In this document: positions 1 to 11,158 of the stretch, in pieces
How positions within the stretch are numbered: position 1 is the first letter of the stretch
Layout of the letters: each line of letters starts with the position of its first letter
Assembly: GCF_028641065.1 (NCBI RefSeq)
Contig: NC_073384.1
Span: 56,482,001-56,546,000, forward strand
Origin: Leucoraja erinacea
Taxonomy: Eukaryota
Direction of reading: 5' to 3'
DNA: 64,000 nt
Translations under genes and position numbers: made by a program
The notes under the pieces: generated by a model
Databases searched by the model: none
Told to the model about the DNA's origin: nothing
The model's input: the letters and a program-made list of their open reading frames with translations, nothing else

Positions 1-570
1 TATCTAACTCTCTCTTCAAAGCATCCAGAGAAATGGCCTCCACTGCCTTCTGAGGCAGAGAATTCCACAGATTCACAACCCTCGGTTTAAAAGTTTTGCC
101 GCATCTCCATTCTAAATGGCTTACCCCTTATTATTAAAGAGTGGCCTCTGGTTCTGGATTCCCCCAACATCAGGAACATGTTTCCTGCCTCTAGCAAGTC
201 CAAACCCTTAATAATCTTATATATTTCAAAAAGATCCCCTCTCATCCTAAATTCCAAAGTACACAAACCCAGCCTCTCCATTCTATCAGCATATGACAAT
301 CCCGCCATCCCGGGAATTAACTTTGTGAACCTATGCTGCACTCCCTCAATAACACGAACGTTTCCTCAAATGTGGAGACCAAAACTGCACACAATACTCC
401 AAGTGTGGTCTCATTAGGGCCCTGTACAACTGCAGAAGGACCTCTTTGCTCCTATACTCAACTCCTCGTGTTATGAAGGCCAACATGCCATTCGCTTTCT
501 TCACTGCCTGCTGCACCTGCATACTTACTTTCAGTGACTGATGCACAAGGACCCCCCAGATCTCGTTGTA
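1..570 (-). mobile_element. CR1 LINE 3' fragment (RT C-terminus), degraded
   Basis: Minus ORFs 346..675 (VKKANGMLAFITRGVEYRSKEVLLQLYRALMRPHLEYCVQFWSP) and 87..341 (RFTKLIPGMAGLSYADRMERLGL...RGDL..YKI..G...TRGH) are typical CR1 ORF2 C-terminal motifs. Confidence 0.9.
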
Positions 571-594
571 TAGCCCTTGAGGGAAATAGAGTGA

Positions 595-795
595 AATAGC
601 CCTTGCTTTACCTCTCTCTACACCCCCCTCCCCCTTCCCAGTGCTCCCACCAGTCGTTACAGTCTCTGAATACATTCTATCTCTCTCCCGCCCACTCCCC
701 TGACATCAGTCTGAAGAAGGGTCTCGACCCGAACCGTCACCCATTCTTTCTCTCTAGAGATGCTGCCTGTCCCGCTGAGTTACTCCAGCATTCTA
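595..795 (+). mobile_element. Penelope-like element 3' terminal repeat fragment with hammerhead-like core
   Basis: Pyrimidine-rich tract, then CTGAAGAAGGGTCTCGACCCGAACCGTC (711-738) and AGATGCTGCCTGTCCCGCTGAGTTACTCCAGC; homologous to the tail of the Penelope RT copy at 49100-49350. Confidence 0.85.
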
Positions 796-839
796 TCCTC
801 TAGTGTATGAATCCTGACTTGCATCCCCCTCACATCCGC

Positions 840-1080
840 ACTCATTGGTCAGCAACATTTGCAGTCTGGAATCTACTGCTTCAAAACATTCCTTCACATT
901 TTCAAATCCATCTGATGATTTGAGTCGTCCTATTTTTGATAATTCCTCCAGTCCTAGATCACTTAACGGTTTCTGTGCTTCTCCAGGTAAATTCTATCAT
1001 TTGATGCCTCGGCAACTTATTAAATCTCTCCACTTTATCTTCCTTTAAGACAATCCTTAAAATTTAACTTTTTGGCCATA
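840..1080 (+). mobile_element. Old L2-like LINE 3' remnant
   Basis: Degenerate similarity to L2 ORF2 end (..tttaagacaatccttaaaa..ttttggcca); resembles 56460-56720. Recognised by eye only. Confidence 0.4.
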
Positions 1081-1699
1081 TGTTGATCAGCACATTTTAC
1101 TATTTTGAGGAACTCTTGTAAATAATAAAACTTCTGGGCCGAACATTTCTCATCCGAATTCCTTAGATGAATCCCAAGTAGTGTAATGCACAGATACCTC
1201 TAGTATCTTTGGTGTAAAGTAGAACTCGGGGGTCAGATGGGCTCTCAGATGCCAGCGCAATGGTGAAGAGATTGTGAGTGGAAGAAGGCAATCAAAACAA
1301 TAGTGAAGGGTTTATAGGGATCAGAGCGGTTGGAATGTCAAATGAAATGCATGAAGCGGCCGTAATACTTAAATACAAAAATCTCCGCCACACGGTGTCA
1401 CCCACGAGACAGCTTTTCAGCAGTTGGCAACATTGCTCGCCTCTACAATCGCAAAATATAATAATCTGAGTTGCAGACGACATACATTCCTTGGGGAAGA
1501 AAGTGCATTCGTTTCATAATATTTTACTGTCCAAATGTATCAATATGGTTGAAAGAATGCACTTTTTGGCGTGAAGGCACCCAACCACGTCGGCTCACAT
1601 AGTTAGCTGAACAAACTCCCCATTGATTACTATAAAACAATGCGTGCAATGAAAAAAATATATATAATCGCATTAAAGGAAAGGTTAAACTGTTGCAGG

Positions 1700-2050
1700 C
1701 CAGCTTTGAATCGACGCTGGCTGGGCGTGTTTTCGCTGTGTGACCATTAAGAAGGAACGACATCTCAGCCCTGCAGCAGCTCGCATTCCTGGCATTCCAC
1801 CTTTCTGATGTCACGAGGCGTAGATTTTTTTCCCCCAAACCCACAAACTCTGACCATGTTATTCCATCGAAAATAGTCTCGCTTGCAAAGTGGGGTGGGG
1901 GGGAAAGAAAGAGGAGAAAGGGAGAGGCGAGGAAAGGGACGGAGAGATCGGACGAGCTGGAAGCGGGAAGGGGAGCGCTGCCCCGGCGGCCGAGCTCTCT
2001 CCCCCCCCCCCACTCACCCTCACCCTACCCCGGGCGAAAGTAGTTGTCGA
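1700..2050 (+). promoter_or_regulatory. CpG-rich promoter region of an unidentified host gene
   Basis: Local CpG enrichment in an otherwise CpG-poor window and not attributable to a repeat; CRE/ATF-like TGATGTCA at 1806-1813; purine tract 1891-1980 followed by pyrimidine tract 1995-2030; immediately upstream of a strong splice donor. Confidence 0.65.
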
Positions 2051-2316
2051 GAGCGCTGACTGAGCCGCGCTCCCGGGACAACGCCAGGCGAGCGGCTTCC
2101 CCGGGCCAGTGCACGCACAGCGTGGATCCCTTGTCCGGGACGGTGCTACCGGCCCTGTGCCCACTTTTGGAAACTCCTCTCCTTTAAAAAAAAACAACAA
2201 TATATATACACAAGGAAAGGAAACACACATTTTGGAAAGTCCTTTGGAGAGAGCGCACGCGCTGCTTGTGGATTTAATGGACTGGCCGGACTCAATAATA
2301 GAGGACACGTAAACAG
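2030..2316 (+). other. Putative first (5' UTR) exon; start approximate
   Basis: CpG-rich segment ending at consensus donor AAACAG|GTAAGA (2316/2317); contains a short uORF ATG 2277 to TAA 2312. Confidence 0.55.
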
Positions 2317-3724
2317 GTAAGAGGGCACTCTCGCAGCTTGTCTCTTTTAATTAGAATAGGTGTGGGTGGGGGAAGGTAAAGAAGAAGGTGAGAAGTGAGC
2401 CTTTGCTTGATCCCTATGCACTCGTCTCTGAGTGTTTTATAAGAGGCAGTCAGTCAGACTCAAAGATGTGTACCTCCAGACTCAAAGATCTTTGGTCAGA
2501 GTTGCCTCCCTCTGCGGCTCCACTGCCAGCGGTCCCCGGCTGCTTGATCTTTCCTGCACTTCCCTTGTTTTAGGCTTTCGGGATGGGGAGCTATTAGACC
2601 AAGACGTCGCAGCCTTCTATTCTAACGTGTGTCTGTTCAACGTTGTGAAGTGCTTGGACTGGGAAGGTGCCTGCTTTGGCCCGTGCTTTGTTGCAACGTG
2701 TTTAAAGAGACCTTCTCGGTGGGGAATCTTGGTAGTGGAATAAAGGACAGGATGCTGTGCAGTCAGAGACAATTACCTTTAATCGTTACCTTAGTGGCAA
2801 AGGTGTTTACTTGAACATGTTAAATAGTTGAACATTTTTTAAATTTAAAACCAGAACACAAATGAACATGACTGCTTAGGCCCCCAAGATTGTGAATAAA
2901 CAATCAAACGATTTAGCTTGCCGGATGAATTAGATTATATCACAAAGCAAAACTTGAAACGATAATATAAAATATAGTTCTAGTAAGTTGCACAAACTCT
3001 CCAAATTCAGTCTGTTTCGCTGAAAAAAGATTCAGTTTGAAATGTTTATAATTTGACTTCCCGTGCCTTGGTTTTTCCAATAGAAGTATTGAAACAAAGG
3101 ATATTGTTGACTTTGGGATGACTGCCTCTTAGGACACAAACAGCATTTTCACAATATTTTTTGAAAACATCATAGATATAATCATTATATAAACGTTAAA
3201 TATCTGGAATAAAACATTCATCCACAGTGTTTCCATTAATGTCACATTATGCTTACATTTTATTCAATTTGTTAATTTCATAAACAACCTTGTGCTTGCT
3301 AAAACTTTTAAAAGGGATATGTGGCATTCATCACATTTGGTCATAGTGTAAGCAATCTGATCTGAATTACTACTTGTGTTCTGATCCACTCTGTGTAGTA
3401 ATTAACTGTAATGGAAATGCAATTTGAAACATATGACCTGTGGGCATGTCTGGGTTCAAATTCTGAGGTAATGTGTGATACAAGCACGAGATTAAATTAA
3501 CCTTAGGTTAATGCTGTCACATTTTCAAAGGTGGTCCACTGGTTGCAAAAAATCATTGACTTGGAAGATGGCACCTGAGTTATTTGAAAGTTAGAAATTT
3601 GGGAGAAATAAGATCAAACACAATGGATAATCCATTTGTTGCTTGCACATTAGAATAATGTTTTGTACATAAGATCTGTTATCCCAGGCACTTTTACCAA
3701 AAATCTATGAAACAGGACATTTTT

Positions 3725-3980
3725 CAAGAGTCAAGAGTGTTTTTATTGTCATTTGTCCCGGCAGGCCAATGACATTCTTACTTGCTGCAGCACAACAGAA
3801 TATGTGAATATGTAAACATTGTATATAACGGGGGAAAAAAGTTCAATAAATAACAAATATAGTGCAAATAACAAATAATAATATAGTCTTTTGCAGTTCA
3901 GAGCTCATAGCTTAATTGTTGTGTTTAATAGCCTGATGGCTGTGGGGAATTAGTTGGCTATTAAACACAACAAATAAGTT
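3725..3980 (-). mobile_element. Rex1/Babar-type LINE 3' end fragment
   Basis: tcaagagtcaagagtgtttttattgtc...ttcttacttgctgcagcacaac is the reverse complement of the 3' UTR type seen at 19560-19810. Confidence 0.65.
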
Positions 3981-4024
3981 ATGCACTTTTTTATGCACTT
4001 ATAAGTTTAATGCACTTTGCAATC

Positions 4025-4375
4025 ATTAGATCATGGGAGGAATAGATCGGGTAAGATGCACAGAGTCTCTCGCCCAGAGTAGGGAAATCGAGGACCAGAG
4101 GACATAGGCTTAAGATGAAGGGGAAAATATTTAATAGGAATCTGAGGGTGGTGGGTGTATGGAACAAGCTGCCAGAGGAGGTAGTTGGGGCTAGGACTAT
4201 CCCAAAGTTTAAGAAATAGTTAGACATGTAAATGGATAGTACAAATTTGGAGGGAAATGGACCAAGCACACACAGGCAGATGGGACTAGTGTAGCTGGGG
4301 CATGTTGGCCAGTGTGGGCAAGTTGGGCCGAAGGGCCTGTTCCCACAATGTATCACTGTGACTCTGACTTCAAGA
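4025..4375 (+). mobile_element. CR1 LINE 3' end fragment
   Basis: gaggaatagatcggg...ACCAGAGGACATAGG...gtgggtgtatggaacaagctgccagaggagg...gggccgaagggcctgtt; CR1 ORF2 end plus 3' UTR. Confidence 0.85.
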
Positions 4376-5923
4376 TGACTTTGTACTTTGATAGCTTCAT
4401 TATCTATCTGAGTGTTATCCTTTTCATATTCACAATAAACAAGTCAACATCTTGGGTATTACAGTTCCCCCAGGAACAAAAAGAGGTCAAAGGCTGTGTG
4501 TTCTGAGGCGAGAAACCTGACTCCTTATTTTCCTCAAAGCCTTTACACTATCGACAATGCACGATGATTATCCAATGTTCAGTTCCTTTAACAACTCCTC
4601 AGTAAATGGAACAGACTCTGTGTGCTGCAAGAACTAGGCAGAATTCAGTTATTATGGGTTAATAAATGGCAATGAAATTTATACCATTAATGTTACAAGA
4701 CCACTGCCACCAAGATAGAGGCTAACCATGTAATATTGGCAATAAATGCTTCACCATTGTCGGACGACCATTGACCAATAACTTGATAGGATCAGTTCCA
4801 TAAATGCTATGATTGCAGGAGCAAGTCGGAGGCATGGTATCTAGTAGCAAGTGATGCACCAACTATTTTTGTTCTGCCATTGAAAAGGCACAGTTCAGGA
4901 GTGCTGTGGTTTTCTCTGAATGAGTGCAGTTGCAGCTCACTGTATCACCACCCTGCTCTGTGTATATTGAGTACAAATTTCATGGCATTTTTTTTACCTG
5001 CATTGCTCTGACAGCACCTCCCAACCCATGACCTCTACCAAGAAGGACAAGTACAGTAGTGCAACGGGGACACCACCTAGGAACACACACCCCTTGAAAT
5101 AACACACTCTTAGCATAGAAATGAGATAAAAGGCAGGTAATTCAGCACCCCTGGTATTTTAGTTGTGCCAGATGACCATTTTTTTTAGACTATTGGGTGT
5201 TTCTCATATTAATACTCCCAGACACTTTAATTTCACATTTCCTACATGTTTCACAAGAGTATAATAAAATTTCAAGTAAAGCTGGTGAGCTTAAAAGGAG
5301 CAGGAAGTAAAGAAGTAGCCCTGACCTTGGCTCTGGCTACAAACATACACATGTTTATGACCCCTTACTGTTTGATCCCAGCCCTGGCTCCAGACACACA
5401 GCCAGCCTGCAGTCTAGACTGACTCTGGTCACACACCCTGCTTGTACTCTGGCCCCCAGCTCACATCTGGATTGATGAGTAAACCAGATGCTGATCGTTC
5501 AGGATTGCTGAACAATTGGATTCTGGATTATTGGAGTTTTCCAAATCCTGGGATTCCTTGCATGACAGCATGGCAGGCTAAGAGGACTGCAGCAATTCAA
5601 GAAGTCGTTTTGCCATGATTTCATCAAGCAATCGGGGATGGGCGATGAATGCTGGCCTTGTCAAGGATGCCTGCTTTCTGTAATTAAAAATAGTCAGGCT
5701 TGAGGAATGCACTGCATCAACTGGGCAGCACAAAAGGCCTCAAAAAGCTCTACTCCATTCAGAACAGAGCACCTGCTTGATTAATAATTCATTCACCCCC
5801 ATAACCATTAATTGCCTTCCTAATAGGCTTAGCATGCCTTCAGTAGGCATGCCTACCATCTTGCAAAATACCCTGTATTTACTCATGCAGGTTACCCCAT
5901 CAGTCCCTCCTAAACCCAGGACC

Positions 5924-6340
5924 TGTGTAGGAAGGAACTGCAGATGCTGGTTTAATCCGAAGATAGACACAAAATACTGGAGGATACTCAGCAGGACAGG
6001 CAGCATCTCTGGATAGGAGGAATGGGTGACGTTTCAGGTCAAGATCCTCCTTCAGACTGTCAGGGGAGGGAGATACTGAGATAAGGAAGCGTAAGGTGTG
6101 AAAACGAGACAAATCTGATGGAGATCAATGAAAATGTAGAATAGATCATTGTTGGCTAGGACAAAGAAAACAGAGATAAAACGTAATTGAGAACAGTCAG
6201 ACTGGTCGGAGAACTGGGCAATGAGGGGGGGGGGGATGGGGAGCAAGGTTTACTTGAAGTTAGAGGTCAATATTCATACCACTGGGGTGTAAACTGTCCA
6301 AGTAAAATATGAGAAGTGGCCTCACTCTGACAATGGACAC
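5924..6340 (-). mobile_element. Penelope-like element 3' fragment (ORF end plus terminal repeat)
   Basis: Reverse complement of the terminal repeat, with hammerhead-like core at 6028-6055; 6250-6315 is homologous to the LIFRLGSL.P.GMN ORF end seen at 46330-46400 and 49040-49107. Confidence 0.85.
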
Positions 6341-6748
6341 CTGTACCACTTGTGAAGCAGCATCAGCAGGTTCCCTTCCAGTTCACTGATGATTCTGACA
6401 TAAAAATGTATTACTATGTATAAATCCTACCCCAAAATGCCAGAGACTGCAGCAATTCAAGACAGCAGTTCACAGTGTCCACCACAAGGGCACTTTGGGG
6501 TGGGCAATTAACCCTGACTGTGCCAGAGCCTTACACATTCCATGCAAAAATGGATCTGTTCTGGTTTTAAACTTCAACAGGATACCTTCATGTTTTCTTG
6601 GATTGCCTGCCCTGGAGTGCCTCCAATCCAGGAAGCCTGTGGGCCTGTGACACAATGTTCCACTCCTCTGCCAATCACCTCTGTGTCCTGTGTGGGGCAT
6701 CTCCTGCAGACGACCTTGAAGGCACTGGACGTAGTACCCTCTCCTACT

Positions 6749-6871
6749 GGGCGGTCCACTTGCCTCCATCACCGCCGGGCGGTCCACTTGCCTCCATCAC
6801 CACCAGCGGCTCCCTCCTCCACTCTTCGTGGCTTCCCAGCTCCCTCCTCTGGTCTTCGTGGCTTCCCAGCT
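6749..6871. repeat. Two short tandem duplications
   Basis: GGGCGGTCCACTTGCCTCCATCACC twice (from 6749 and 6777); TCTTCGTGGCTTCCCAGCT twice. Confidence 0.8.
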
Positions 6872-6883
6872 ACTGTTGCACGT

Positions 6884-7085
6884 GTCAAGTCAAGTCAAGT
6901 TTATTTGTCACATACACATACGAGATGTGCAGTGAAATGAAAGTGGCAATGCTCGCGGACCTTTGTGCAAAAGACAAACAACAAAATAACCAAACAAATT
7001 ATAAACACAATCATAACACACATATTCTTTTACATAATAAATAATGGAAGGAAAAACGTTCTGTAGAGCTAGTCCCTGGTGAGAT
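6884..7085 (-). mobile_element. LINE 3' tail fragment with (CTTGA)n terminus, Rex1/L2-like
   Basis: gtcaagtcaagtcaagtttatttgtcac = reverse complement of AATAAA-(CTTGA)3 tail. Confidence 0.6.
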
Positions 7086-7130
7086 TGGCCGTTGGTCTTC
7101 GTTCTTAGGGGCCGGCGGGTCTTTGTTCTC

Positions 7131-7350
7131 AGAAAGAATTGCAGATGCTGGTTTAAACTGAAGATGGACACAAAATGCTGGAGTATTTCAGCTGGACAGG
7201 CAGCATCTCTGAGAAGGACGGATGATGTTTTGGGTCAAGACCCTTCTTCAGAGTCTGAAGAAAGGTCCTGACCCGAAACATCGCCCATTCCTTCGATCCA
7301 GAGATGCTGCCTGTCCCGCTGAGTTACTCCAGCATTTTGTGTCTATCTTA
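7131..7350. mobile_element. Palindromic head-to-head Penelope terminal-repeat insertion with 14-bp TSD
   Basis: Arms inverted about ttcagagtctgaa (~7252); flanked by GGGTCTTTGTTCTC (7117-7130) and GGGTTTTTGTTCTC (7351-7364). Confidence 0.88.
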
Positions 7351-7526
7351 GGGTTTTTGTTCTCGTTGGCTGGCGAATCTGTCCTTGTTCCTTATGCGGT
7401 CTTTGGCTGTACTTGTCCGTCCTGTCCTCGTTCTCGGCGGTCACTTCGGCTGCCGGGCTCGTTCTTGTCTGTGTCGACAGTGGGCCGGGTCTGCACCAGC
7501 TAGGCTGTACGGTGCTCGCCGGTGAC

Positions 7527-7640
7527 CCACCCCAAAGACGTGTGGGTTTGTAGGTGAATCAACTTCTGTAAATTGCCCCTATGTGTAGGGAGTGGATGAG
7601 AAAGTGGGATAACACAGAACTAGTGTGAATGGGTGATAAA
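7527..7640 (+). mobile_element. HE1/V-SINE-like fragment (3' part)
   Basis: ccccaaagacgtgtgggtttgtagg...ctgtaaattgcccct...actagtgtgaatgggtgat; matches other SINE copies in the window. Confidence 0.7.
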
Positions 7641-9401
7641 GCTCCTTTTCATCATTTTATATTATCCTAAATTGGGTTAACTGTCAATGAATTCCATAAT
7701 GTTGTCACTGTTATGTAACAAACCGTGACCACCATATACACCACAATCACCTCCAACCAGCAGGGTGATAAAGACCAGATTGTCAATTTGGATGTTTCTT
7801 TGTACATTGTTTTTATTTTCATCTACCTAACCGTATGCTTGCAAATGAGGCTAAAAGCACAATCTGTTCCTATGCCATTACTAATGTCCTTATAATCAGC
7901 TATCAATGGCTTCAGAGACCACCACTTGGGAATCTCCTGTCAGATTATTCCTCTCTCCTACTGTGATGAGGAGATATGTGATATAAGCTCATCACCTCCT
8001 GCTCAGTGCAGATCAGATTTGGAGTCTCAGGCGTTTAGCCATCAGCAACAATAGCCCTGTGAAAGCACACTTGCTTCTGGGTTGGATGGTATGCACATGT
8101 AACATAGACTCTGACTTCAGTGCTGTGTCATGAAGGAGCTGCAGTGCCCCAATTTCTTTTTTTTAATGAATATCAAACCAATGCTTAGTCTGTCCTATCA
8201 AGCAGATGTAAAAGATCTTAAGTACAAAATTTGGCAGTTAAACATCAGGATGCACCAGCAGCGCAAAGCACAATATAGTTGCATGTTCTTGCTTATGGGA
8301 TTCGGGTAATGTTAAGCAGCTCAATTTTTTAAAATTGTGCCATATAGTTACTGTAAGATGAGATGTGCACTCTTTCGAGGTGATGGTACTCCCCACAAAT
8401 AACTCGTTACTGCTCTTGATATACATGATATACAGTTTTGTTTAAATTTTTTACGTTTTGTTTTGGAGTACAGGGAAATACTGTTTTGGTGTCTACTTAC
8501 ACTAAACAGTTTACTTTGCATTATAATGCCATCATGTTTTGTCCATATCAGGTGCAATAGACCCGCGGCCTTTTTTAAAGAAAGAGCCTTTATGCAGCCC
8601 CCTTTCGTGACCTCGAAATGTCCCAGAGAACTACATGGCCTACAGAGTACTTCTGAAGTGTATTCATTGTTGTTTTGCAGGAAGTGTGGGAGGCGGTTTG
8701 TGCATGACAACATTCCACAAACAGTAGAGTGATAGTGAGCAGATAAAACTGGCACCAGAAAGGAGCCAGCGTTTAATATGCAACTGACTTGGGCACATAG
8801 TTCCAGCTTTGTATTGACATTACTTTTGGCTCATTGTAAGGAAGTGTTGGTGAAATAGGGAGCAACATTCTGCAGAGCTCCTGGTGATCACGGGTGACCA
8901 AGCCATTCGCAGATCAGATTCCTTCAATCAATAATTACTGCATAATGTGCTAAAGAGTGAACAAAGTGTGGACACAGACCAGCACTTCCCTAAATTGTGT
9001 CTAGGTTTGTTGCAACCAAGCTGTGCACTATTATATTCTCCATGGTTGATATAAACAATCTGATTTAAAAAATATATATATATAGGATAGGAATGTTAGT
9101 TTCCTTTATATGTTTTGGCAGACAAATTTGCTTGGCTTAAGTTCAGTTTTCCAGGCGACTGCGCTGAGAGTTGATTGTAGCGGAAACCTGGCTCTCCTAT
9201 AAGTTCATGCAGAACCTGACATGGATTCAGAGCGTTTTCAAACTGCAAATATGTCGCAAAGGATCAGGCTGTTTCCAGGGAAGGTATGAGTAAAGAAACA
9301 GAAAATGGCAGTTCACACAGAGAAAGGAGACCCTTGCTCAATTCTGACTGAAGGTGTACTGTGTGTGCAGTTGACCCACATCTCAAAGACGGGGTTGTTA
9401 A

Positions 9402-9730
9402 TGGACCTGTCCCACTTAGGCGACTTTTTAAAGCAACTACAGGCGACTAGTTTGTCGCCACATGTTCGCCGGTGGTCGCCGGGAGTAGTCTCCTCAGTCG
9501 CGCAAAAAATCGTAGTGTCTTTCTGGTCGCCGCTAAATTTTCAACATGTTGAACATTTTTCGGCGACAATGAGTTTGACGTCAATGAGCGTAGCTTGACT
9601 TCTCCTGACGTAGGTGCTGTTCTATGTTGTCGCCAGGATGATGTAGGTTGTCGCCGGTTTTTCGGTGACCTGCTACGACTATGACAGTCGTCGGCAGTTG
9701 CCTAAAAAATCGCCAAGTGGGACAGGCCCA
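9402..9730. mobile_element. PIF/Harbinger-type MITE inserted in an old SINE
   Basis: TIRs TGGACCTGTCCCACTTAGGCGAC / ATCGCCAAGTGGGACAGGCCCA; TAA on both sides (9399-9401, 9731-9733); no ORF; CpG-rich. Confidence 0.85.
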
Positions 9731-10956
9731 TAAGTTAATTGGGCACTGTAACTTTCCAATAGTGGTGGAATCTGGAGGGAGTAGATGGAAATATGAGGAT
9801 AACAAAATGGGATTAGTATAAATGGGTGGCCTATAGTCAGTGCAGACCCAGTGGGACAAGAGTGTTTTTGAGTTGCATGACTCTCATAGGCACAATTTTA
9901 TTATGTTGGTGCACAATAAAGTTCAGTGGGTGCAGGTTAACTGAGAGCTCTGAGCCCACATCATTACCATGTGATCTTGTTTATTGTTGTAACGATTCTG
10001 AAATCCTATTCAACTATGTGAACAAATAACCTGTTTTAGCAATTTTTTTACCTTAAGATTGCAAATTCAAAAACTAACCAATGTTTTAAAATTATCACTG
10101 ATTTAGTTGAATGGAAATAAATCCAAAAATAAGTCATTTGGAAGAGAAACAATTATATTCAATACTTTATGTATTGTCTTCCTAATTGCATATTTTAAAT
10201 TGAATTTGTTATTGAGATTATAAGTGAGTTTTATTACAATGAAATGATTTAAATCCCCAAAATTGAGGCTTCAGTTCATTAATTACTGCTGGGGTCGACA
10301 TAAGAACACCGCAACTTTACAATTAAAATTTATACTAGGATATGAGCAGCCCTCACCTAAAATTGTGTAGGTGACTGGGAATGAGAAAATCCTGGATACC
10401 AACACGCAGCTTCCCTCCTAAGTGCATATTTCCAATTTTAATGGAGGAGGTATGCAGAGTGGGCAGACACACTCATCAGACAGACTGGCAATTTCATTCA
10501 GATACACTAACCTTCCCTGCTTTCTGATTACTCCAGCTTTTGGATGTGACCTGGGGGCCTAACCGACTGACAGGTTAGCCAGCCAGCCTTTCATTTTTGC
10601 TGGCTTCAGCTGGAAATTAGTGAGTTGAAACAAAAGTGCTTATCACGTCCTGCCATTTAAATTGGACAGGAACTGATGGAAACCTGTTTCTCTGACTTTC
10701 CTCAAGTCCAATGTGATAAGAAAGGAAAACAGGCATATATTTGCTCTGGAAATTCGTTCCCGTTTTCATGTTTGTTATACACCATATGATATTGGCCTGT
10801 GTTGTGCCACTCTCGTGAAAATTAATTTCATTAACTTTAGATAGCATGTTTGATGTCTTTGCCTACCAAATATATGAAGTCAGTGGAACTGAATGGATGC
10901 CTTGATCTGTTAGTTTATGACAAATCTGGTTCACAAATCAATTCTACATTTAATAA

Positions 10957-11158
10957 CACAAAATGCTGGAGTAGCTCAGCGAGACAGGCAGCATCTCTGG
11001 AGAGGAATGGGTGACGTTTCGGGTCGAAACCCAGAAGATGGGTCTTGACCCGAAACGTCATTCCTTCTCTTCAGCGATGCTGCCTGTCTCGCTGAGTTAC
11101 TCCAGCATTTTGTGTCTATCTCCGGTTTAAACCAGCATCTGCAGTTCTTTCCTATACG
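10957..11158. mobile_element. Palindromic head-to-head Penelope terminal-repeat insertion
   Basis: Inverted arms joined at ~11033 inside the hammerhead core; TTAATAA at 10950-10956 and 11159-11165. Confidence 0.88.

Noticed and set aside
1859-2308. 149-aa minus-strand ORF over the promoter
   Set aside because: Low-complexity CpG-island ORF with no recognisable domain.
2030-2316. Assigning a gene symbol to the putative first exon
   Set aside because: No coding sequence in the window and I do not recognise the UTR.
10957-11158. miRNA precursor or classical MITE
   Set aside because: Both arms are Penelope terminal-repeat sequence with locus-specific ends.
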